Notes under the pieces: generated by a model
Told to the model about the DNA's origin: nothing
The model's input: the letters and a program-made list of their open reading frames with translations, nothing else
The model's database searches: none
IMG/VR virus record: IMGVR_UViG_3300033074_001484
Coordinates: 32,001 to 96,000 of that record
Direction: 5' to 3' (one strand)
Origin: a virus
Taxonomy: Duplodnaviria; Caudoviricetes
Length of the DNA stretch: 64,000 nt
Position numbers and translations under genes: made by a program
In this document: positions 56,655 to 64,000 of the stretch, piece by piece
How the letters are laid out: each line of letters starts with the position of its first letter
How positions within the stretch are numbered: the stretch's first letter is position 1

Positions 56655-57674
56655 TTACAATCCTATTTGTGAAAAAAACCCGCCCATATACTCTATATAT
56701 CTTCGATTAGAATAATGTGCATTATACGCATGTGATGCCACATCAACACACTCGTCATAAAATACCTCATCGATTAATAATTGTTTAACCAATGACCGGG
56801 CATGTTTTATATGACCCACATCCACCTTTAATTGTGGGTACAAATTATCAACAACGGTGGTGCCCTTATATCCAATTGCAGGTATACCCAAATAGGCACA
56901 ATTCAAAAAGAACGTACCGGCAGCACGAGTTCTCATTAAATGTATACCCAGTTTAAACTGCCCCAATATTTCCATCCATTCTGAAAAATTTTTATACGGT
57001 ATGTGTCTGACATCATATAATTCTTCATTGGCCTTTCGACGACCCATGCTAACACACCATAACCGTTCACCCAAATCACACGCTGCAAGATAACTATCTG
57101 CACCGCCATACCACGATACCATGTTACCACCAATTATAATACCCAGCCGCTTGGATTTGGGTAGTGTTGACAGTGGTGTTGCCTGTTCAACGATTTGCGG
57201 GGGCATTACTCTTACCGGAATTTTACCATCTACCATGCCAGAATAATAGACACCATCACATTCATTGTGGCATAAAATAATATCCACCAATTCAGGGCTG
57301 CGCATCAAATTCAAATACGCAATTTGGGTTTCTACCGGATAATCCTGCCAATACCAGTTTGGCCCTTCTTGCATTATAGCAATTTTTTTAACATTATGAC
57401 CCTTCAACCGTACCAATGTTTCTCTAAGATTTGCCAGCATCTCAAAAGTAGATGACTTTGGAAGTATTATGATCAAAATATCCCATTGCTTGGTAAATAT
57501 CACATGAGAGGTGTCCATATTCTTTACATCGGATATTACGTTAATTGGGATATGGGTCGACTTTAACAGATATTGCCACGCCAAATCTGTACGTAAATTT
57601 GTATGTGTAAGTGGTATTTCACCGAAATACTGTCCCTCTGTGATAAATGCAATATTCAAATCATGTATGTTCAT
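56655..57674 (-). CDS. GT-B glycosyltransferase-like protein
   Basis: AAGTFFLNCAYLGIPAIG; cluster context. Confidence 0.6.
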   Translation of the reverse strand: MNIHDLNIAFITEGQYFGEIPLTHTNLRTDLAWQYLLKSTHIPINVISDVKNMDTSHVIFTKQWDILIIILPKSSTFEMLANLRETLVRLKGHNVKKIAIMQEGPNWYWQDYPVETQIAYLNLMRSPELVDIILCHNECDGVYYSGMVDGKIPVRVMPPQIVEQATPLSTLPKSKRLGIIIGGNMVSWYGGADSYLAACDLGERLWCVSMGRRKANEELYDVRHIPYKNFSEWMEILGQFKLGIHLMRTRAAGTFFLNCAYLGIPAIGYKGTTVVDNLYPQLKVDVGHIKHARSLVKQLLIDEVFYDECVDVASHAYNAHYSNRRYIEYMGGFFSQIGL

Positions 57675-58351
57675 AACTCTGATACGGTTGTAAAGTTAAT
57701 AATGGTTTGTTTGTGGAGATGTGTAAGGGAAGCCTCCAGTATTTCAAAATTGTCCGGCGTCCACGTATTTTTATTCCATGCGCCAAAGATATGCGATTGA
57801 TACATTATAGTATTATCATCGTGCAATAATAGTTCACTACTTTGGATATCATCGTGGCCGAAAACTTCCTTTAACGGATACCATACCAATCCCCTATTAT
57901 GTGTACTATGCAGCGCAACATGCGTTATACTTGGAAATTTAGAAATGATAATAGATGGTAATATTTGGCTACACAACCATCCCGGATTCCTCCAACTTTT
58001 CGGTGAATGTCCAACTGCCGCCCATTCAGCTTGACATTCAATAATTCGTTGTTCATAATCAATAGTATCTATAAATTCACATTCTCCATACCTTTTTGGG
58101 TCAGTCGTCATGTGTAAATGACCATGTGCCGCCAGTTCAAATGCAGGATGGTCCAAATACCATTCAACCCACTTTTTATGATCTGACAGCTTATATGAAC
58201 CATGATAGTTTGATGGCACAAATAATGTGAACTTTGCTCCAAACGTTTGATATAACTTTAACATCATTTGAATTGCCGCATCATCCGGCAATCCCCAATC
58301 CTTGGCAGGATGCACATCATCAACACATATGACAATATTAAGTGGATTCAT
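57671..58351 (-). CDS. Polysaccharide deacetylase-like (NodB fold)
   Basis: VDDVHP, FTLFV, ELAAHGHLH, RNPGW. Confidence 0.8.
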   Translation of the reverse strand: MNPLNIVICVDDVHPAKDWGLPDDAAIQMMLKLYQTFGAKFTLFVPSNYHGSYKLSDHKKWVEWYLDHPAFELAAHGHLHMTTDPKRYGECEFIDTIDYEQRIIECQAEWAAVGHSPKSWRNPGWLCSQILPSIIISKFPSITHVALHSTHNRGLVWYPLKEVFGHDDIQSSELLLHDDNTIMYQSHIFGAWNKNTWTPDNFEILEASLTHLHKQTIINFTTVSEL

Positions 58352-59346
58352 TGTGATCTTAATTTTGATATACGTTCAATGACATCTTCAACTTTGATAG
58401 ACCGCTGTTGTGTATGTAACGTTGATAAATTATATTTACTGGATTTCTCTAACAAATCCCACCATTCGCCCTTTCGTATGTCACAAAATCCATTTGGGTT
58501 GTTCTCATTTTTAATTCCGGTCCTCTTTTTGGGATGCCGTCTATTATGCACCCTAAGTACATCTTTAAAGTGGAATTGAACCAATTGATCCCCCATAATC
58601 TTTTTGGCAATTTCCATCATGGAAGTATCTTCCCCACAATGGAACATGGCCAATGGTATATTAACCCCCGCACGTATCAACTCAGTTGAAATAGCTACAC
58701 ATGAGCCATCAAATTTTACTGAATTTCCGGTCATATACCATATATCCATTGTTGCGTCTTTATTTATATCATGCATTTGCTGTAGAGTCATATAAGATTT
58801 TTCAGATGCAACATTGGTCAATGCCCAATCTTCATTGTCATGATATTTAACGTTTTCAAATAATGGATGTACTAATACATCCCATGATGTATCCCAATTT
58901 TTCCGGTAGGCAAATGTTGCAAAATATTTAGTAATATCCGGTTCCTTTGCCGCAATGGATTCAAGACACAAAAACGTTTGCTTTGGCCATAGTGAATCCG
59001 TCTCACCCCACAACACAACATCAAACCCGTTGAGTGCCCCAAACATATTAATGTCCCGTCGCGCATCAGCTATATTATAAAATGACACCTCATTAGATCG
59101 GAATTCAAGCAATGTCACACATGGTAAATTGTTGAGCATGTCCAAAATTTCATTGCACGTCGTGTATGTGCTGTCTTCCGGGGTTTCCAAATATGTTTGT
59201 AAATTTATCGTACACCGGACAGTTACATTTTTAGGATTCTCTACCATACTAAGAGCATCCCGCAAACTAAGTACAGTTTCCTCGACCATCTGCACCTCAT
59301 ACCACATAATATGGTAGCCTATAATATATTTTTGTGTGAGTTTCAT
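58348..59346 (-). CDS. GT-A glycosyltransferase-like protein
   Basis: WGETD, GEDT, HNR motifs; cluster context. Confidence 0.55.
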   Translation of the reverse strand: MKLTQKYIIGYHIMWYEVQMVEETVLSLRDALSMVENPKNVTVRCTINLQTYLETPEDSTYTTCNEILDMLNNLPCVTLLEFRSNEVSFYNIADARRDINMFGALNGFDVVLWGETDSLWPKQTFLCLESIAAKEPDITKYFATFAYRKNWDTSWDVLVHPLFENVKYHDNEDWALTNVASEKSYMTLQQMHDINKDATMDIWYMTGNSVKFDGSCVAISTELIRAGVNIPLAMFHCGEDTSMMEIAKKIMGDQLVQFHFKDVLRVHNRRHPKKRTGIKNENNPNGFCDIRKGEWWDLLEKSSKYNLSTLHTQQRSIKVEDVIERISKLRSQ

Positions 59347-59350
59347 GGAA

Positions 59351-59947
59351 TTAAATTAACAATCTGCAAATTACACCCTCCGGGCCTGAGCGTAAAACTC
59401 GACCTTGTCCAAAATCATGTCCGGCAGGATGTCCTATAAATTTCACATATTCTAATACCTGATTGTTGACTAATTCGTCAACGGCCCTCCATACCGGAAA
59501 CATTAACCCATAATCATCAAAAATGATAAACGATACATTTTCACGTTTAAGCCGTACAAATTGTTCCACATCGGACTTTACTTGTTCATATTCATGTCCG
59601 GCGTCTATAAATGCCATTGAAAACGTATCCGGTAAAATAAGCCGCTTTCCCGTGTATAAATTAAATGGGATATAGGTAATGTTAGACCGTTCCTCGTTTA
59701 TACGTCTGGCGGTCTCAAAATGGCCCTCCGCCAAGTTTATAGTATACACTTTACCAAACACATGACTTAATACATACGTAGTTTGCCCCTTATGCGTTCC
59801 AAATTCTATACAGTTTTTGGTTTTAAACAATGGGTCCTTGAAAAAATTCCAAACATCTTCTTTAAATTTTAGAGAAGTGGTTGATAAATTTTCATGTTTA
59901 TCCTCGGTAATTTTAGCAGCGATGCTACTGAATGTTGGCTGTTCCAT
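59351..59947 (-). CDS. Class I SAM methyltransferase (Methyltransf_24-like)
   Basis: IEFGTHKG, FIDAGHEY, FDDY. Confidence 0.85.
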   Translation of the reverse strand: MEQPTFSSIAAKITEDKHENLSTTSLKFKEDVWNFFKDPLFKTKNCIEFGTHKGQTTYVLSHVFGKVYTINLAEGHFETARRINEERSNITYIPFNLYTGKRLILPDTFSMAFIDAGHEYEQVKSDVEQFVRLKRENVSFIIFDDYGLMFPVWRAVDELVNNQVLEYVKFIGHPAGHDFGQGRVLRSGPEGVICRLLI

Positions 59948-60718
59948 ATAAATTTTGGTAAGTTTTTTTCATTAAAAATAATGTTGGGTTGTTTTCAATA
60001 CCAACTTCTCCGTATTTAGCATTTCCCGGTATGGCATTGAACTGGTATAACCCCGGAAAGTGTAAATACACATCATTATTGAATAATGATTTACGCATCA
60101 TATCTGACATGCAATATTGGTAGGATAAATATTTAATGTCACTGGGCTTACAATATTTACGCAAGATAAAATTAAATGGCCCCTGATCGGAACCCACCCC
60201 ATAAGCATAATATTTGGTTTTAAGGTCACGTGCATTATTCCAGTAAAATTCAAGCATCTTTTCAAAAACAATCTTGAATCTGGAAGACATCACCATAAAC
60301 CCGGCGTTGACATAATCAAATACATTGAATAGTGGATATTCTTCACCAAATACATGATGAAAATTTTCCATGCTTCGCGATATCCAATCAAAATCCCCAT
60401 CTGCCGGAACTACTCCAATTTCATCATCAATTAATTCAAAAAAATTAGGCAATTCCGGGTGAGGTATTGTATCAGCATCTATCATCGCCATTTTTCCAAA
60501 CGCTTCTGGGTATAACCTGAAAAAATGATAACGCTGCCATGTTATTTTCATCACATCGTGTGGGTACAACAATTCCGACAACACTACCAATTCTACATCG
60601 TGTTTGCGGCACCATTGTGTCCAAGCATCAATAGCATATTCATATGGCGCACTTCGAGATTCCCAACCGGGAATCTTCACTGCCACCATAAATATAATGT
60701 TTCGTTTCTCAGCAGTCA
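59925..60718 (-). CDS. GT8-like glycosyltransferase
   Basis: IDADT, YVNAGF, SDQG. Confidence 0.75.
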
Positions 60719-61473
60719 TAACCAAAATACTTTGCGTGTGATTCCATAAGCCCCTTACGAATGCCGGGGTCAAAGCCCGTGTAATGTATCACGTTTGCAT
60801 ATTTAAATGCGTAAGGTTGTGGTTGATTAAGTTGAATATTATGGGCAAACACGTTTCGTTTATATATCCCCATCAAATTCCATTTTGGAGATAACTGTGT
60901 TATGTTTACTTTATTTTTTTGTAATATATAATTGAGCAACGTTTGTTCACGACCGCCGCCGTGGTGCCAATTGTCTATAACGGATTTATTGGCAAAATAT
61001 ACTTGTAACAATTCCTCAAAGATACATAAATATTGGTTACCAAAAAACAACACCCCGGCATTAACATAGCTAAACAAATCTAATTTAATTTCCGGGTAAA
61101 ATGATTGGTATGCTTTTATACTATTAAATACATACTCAGCATCAATTAAATCAGGCACTGCACAAAATTCATCTTCAGAAAATTCATTAAAAATATTTGG
61201 AGCATATGCTGTCGGCATTGTATCCGAGTCTACAATTCCTATTTTTTTATAAGGCTGTCCATGTATAAAAACAAACTCTTTGTTCCAAATAGGACGAGAT
61301 ATCCTTTCGTCCATTTCATTACATACAATAAAATCAATATTATACTTATCACAATATAGTTGCCATGCCGCAATAGCATATTTTGCATATGATGAATTTA
61401 ATACTTTTGACGTTGGATGGTCGATGGCCACCATGTATATTAAATTATCATTCTTCGGTGTCATATTTGACAT
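60709..61473 (-). CDS. GT8-like glycosyltransferase (paralogue of the previous gene)
   Basis: VDSDT, YVNAGV, EQTLLN, IHYTG. Confidence 0.78.
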   Translation of the reverse strand: MSNMTPKNDNLIYMVAIDHPTSKVLNSSYAKYAIAAWQLYCDKYNIDFIVCNEMDERISRPIWNKEFVFIHGQPYKKIGIVDSDTMPTAYAPNIFNEFSEDEFCAVPDLIDAEYVFNSIKAYQSFYPEIKLDLFSYVNAGVLFFGNQYLCIFEELLQVYFANKSVIDNWHHGGGREQTLLNYILQKNKVNITQLSPKWNLMGIYKRNVFAHNIQLNQPQPYAFKYANVIHYTGFDPGIRKGLMESHAKYFGYDC

Positions 61474-62362
61474 AATTTTGGTGTTTACGTATATGCCGGG
61501 GATGATTCAAGTTAATGGGATATGCGTATCTACGCATACCCCCCTCGTTCGGTCTTATAACAACAGCATCTAATCTATTAATCACACTGTTCATGCGTAT
61601 TTGTTTGAGACCTTTATCAAAATCCTCCCAATAAGATGGATTGGATCGCTGTATTAATCTGTATCTCAAATCCCGCCACTTAGCAAATCTAAACCAACAA
61701 TAATGATATGTGCGAATATCTTTATACACATATTCTGGGGATGAGTAGTCCTGTGACACAAAGTTTGACACCAATCTTAAATACGATGTCATGTCTCCAA
61801 AACACACCGCAATTTTTCTTGATTTTGGTCGGCCCCCCTTTCCCTCATGTATATTTTCAGTATAATATTGTGTTTCCAAAAAATCTATCCAATGTGTCCG
61901 GATTGCTGTATTTGGACGCATGGCATATATCATTTCGGTTATAGTATCCGAATCATGCTCATGATGAAACACATCAGGTTCAATTGGAAAAATAATATCA
62001 CCCGCTTCGACTGCCACATTACACATTGAAAAATTCGATACTGCATATTGATAACATTGATCAGCATTCCACGTTTTGGGATATTCTATAACATTCAAAT
62101 GAAATGATACATGTGGGTATTTCTCTCTATATTTTAATATAATACGCTCCGTATCTTCAAAATCAAAACCGGCAGAGGTGTCTTTGTAACAAAATTCACG
62201 TTTGAAATCTTCATCAATTGTTGTTAAATTTTCAGGCCCACATGGAAACAGTCCTTCATTATAAATTATCACAGTAGGATGTAACACATCTATAATATTA
62301 GGAATCTGACACTCTATCAAATGTGATTCCGCAAAACTGGGCATAATAACTATTCGCTGCAT
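61448..62362 (-). CDS. GT-A glycosyltransferase-like protein
   Basis: VIMPSFAE, EPDVF, YHYCW. Confidence 0.55.
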   Translation of the reverse strand: MQRIVIMPSFAESHLIECQIPNIIDVLHPTVIIYNEGLFPCGPENLTTIDEDFKREFCYKDTSAGFDFEDTERIILKYREKYPHVSFHLNVIEYPKTWNADQCYQYAVSNFSMCNVAVEAGDIIFPIEPDVFHHEHDSDTITEMIYAMRPNTAIRTHWIDFLETQYYTENIHEGKGGRPKSRKIAVCFGDMTSYLRLVSNFVSQDYSSPEYVYKDIRTYHYCWFRFAKWRDLRYRLIQRSNPSYWEDFDKGLKQIRMNSVINRLDAVVIRPNEGGMRRYAYPINLNHPRHIRKHQNYVKYDTEE

Positions 62363-62366
62363 AAGG

Positions 62367-62984
62367 TTATATTACAAATAATACTCCAATACCCGCCCAT
62401 GACTGTTCTCTACTTTCAACAATTTCCATGTGATCAAATCGTGTATCATGTTTGATATGGTTCCAAAAATCACACACTTCAACTCCACGATTCCGATGTT
62501 CTGGTGAATCAACAATATCATGAAACGCTATAATCGTTCCGCTGTGACTATGTCGTAATGCCAATTCAAAATCTGATTTAACTCCTTCAAATGTATGACA
62601 CCCATCAATAAAGATAAAATCATAATCATCGCGAAGCATTTCATCCGTTACCAACTTGGAGTCCATGTCTATAAATTGGATAGAATGTCTGCTACCACCA
62701 AACATTAACTCAAAAACCGCGTTTCTATATTTAACCATGTCCGGTGCGATTCCTCCAAAGTCCCCGCCCGGTAAATCTATTGAAGTGAATGTAGTATACT
62801 CAGCGGCCCTAACTGTGGTAAGTATATAATTCCACAAATAGGCCGTACCCCCAAATTTGGTACCAATTTCCAATATATTGGTTGGATGAAAATTGGACAC
62901 CAATATATATAGTTTCTCAATTTCATATTTTATTTGCGGCATGTACAACGTATATGCCCGTTCGATAACAGGTAAGGCACTCAT
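62367..62984 (-). CDS. Class I SAM methyltransferase (Methyltransf_24-like)
   Basis: LEIGTKFGGT, FIDGCHTFEGV..D, FHDI. Confidence 0.85.
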   Translation of the reverse strand: MSALPVIERAYTLYMPQIKYEIEKLYILVSNFHPTNILEIGTKFGGTAYLWNYILTTVRAAEYTTFTSIDLPGGDFGGIAPDMVKYRNAVFELMFGGSRHSIQFIDMDSKLVTDEMLRDDYDFIFIDGCHTFEGVKSDFELALRHSHSGTIIAFHDIVDSPEHRNRGVEVCDFWNHIKHDTRFDHMEIVESREQSWAGIGVLFVI

Positions 62985-63032
62985 CAGATATCAATTTTTA
63001 ATGTGAGTTAAACATGGCATGCCTGTTGTTTA

Positions 63033-64000
63033 TTAAGCCGGGCGTTTCCAATATTCGTACACTCCATCAGATATTTCATAGTCCCCATCCCAATCATATG
63101 GTAGAAATGCATATTCATCAAGTTCCCTTGCCCATTCATACATAAGCCGCAATCCCGTTTCCAATGATGTCACATGTTTGAATCCAAGATAATCAATCGA
63201 TTTTTGGTATGTTGAATACGCATATCTGACTTCATGTCGTGGTTCACGGTGTATAATTTCAGAGGATGAGTTGCAAACCTGTTTAACTATACCCGCTGCC
63301 TTGTTGAGGGTGATCGGTTCAATACCACCCAAATTTATTGTTTGGGATTCTGCAATCTCTGAAAACCCGGCATTGTACAATGGATGCATCGCATCTCCAA
63401 TATATGAAAATGCGCGAACTTGTAATCCGCTACCATATATTTGTATAGGCAAATTATTCATCGCCGCCTTCATCCAAATACCAAGTACATTGCGATATTT
63501 GTCATTTATGTTTTGACCGGGTCCATAAAAATTATGTGGACGAATAATACAATACCCCAACCCATGTTGACGATGTGCAATCTTAATGTCCATTTCACAA
63601 GCAAACTTTGCAACGCCATATGGATCAATCGGATTAGGAATTAAATCTTCAGAAAATGGCGGAGCTTCGTAATCCCCATAAACTGCCATTGAACTAAAGT
63701 ATACCAAACGAGACACCTTATAATTTATACACGCATTTATAATATTCGCAGTGGATATCAAGTTATTTTCATAATTGAACTTGCGAATAAAAGGAGACAG
63801 CCCCTCAGCAGCATATGCTGCACAATGGTACACTACATCAAAAGAATTTTCTTCAAACAATTTATTCAACTCAACCACATCTGTAACCAGATCGATCACA
63901 TGCAATTTGATCCTATGTGGTATATTGATACGTGACCCACCCGAAAGATTGTCTACAATTACAACCTCACACTTTTGTGTAGAATGTAAGAAACGTGCTA
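63033..64000 (-). CDS. NAD-dependent epimerase/dehydratase (5' end outside the window)
   Basis: VDNLSGG, HCAA, SSMAVYG, YGVAK, NFYGP. Confidence 0.9.
   Translation of the reverse strand, partial: ARFLHSTQKCEVVIVDNLSGGSRINIPHRIKLHVIDLVTDVVELNKLFEENSFDVVYHCAAYAAEGLSPFIRKFNYENNLISTANIINACINYKVSRLVYFSSMAVYGDYEAPPFSEDLIPNPIDPYGVAKFACEMDIKIAHRQHGLGYCIIRPHNFYGPGQNINDKYRNVLGIWMKAAMNNLPIQIYGSGLQVRAFSYIGDAMHPLYNAGFSEIAESQTINLGGIEPITLNKAAGIVKQVCNSSSEIIHREPRHEVRYAYSTYQKSIDYLGFKHVTSLETGLRLMYEWARELDEYAFLPYDWDGDYEISDGVYEYWKRPA

Overview
AT-rich 64 kb segment of a large (jumbo-type) tailed phage, probably infecting Bacteroidota: many - strand genes are preceded by the TAnnTTTG promoter element. Most genes are on the - strand. 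Contents: (i) four integron-like cassette arrays (about 4.37-8.0, 12.0-12.6, 15.46-23.8 and 31.15-35.5 kb). They hold about 33 gene-sized units, each bounded by its own GTT...AAC inverted repeat and separated by 29 attC-like hairpins, with a conserved attI-like site heading three arrays and no integrase in the window. Cargo includes DNA methyltransferases, a complete type II R-M system, Thg1, an exoribonuclease and predicted capsid-packaged proteins, and 11 ORFs start inside a hairpin and cross the core in the same frame. (ii) An intact IS605 element (tnpA/tnpB) plus an identical 262-bp orphan copy of its omegaRNA end behind a promoter. (iii) Nucleotide-metabolism genes (ThyA, IMPDH/GMPR-like, HD hydrolases). 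(iv) 23 tRNAs, several tRNA-like RNAs with aberrant or permuted architecture, and a candidate large structured ncRNA. (v) Membrane/lysis-like genes and a glycosyltransferase/methyltransferase cluster with an intein. All calls are by eye and no searches were run.
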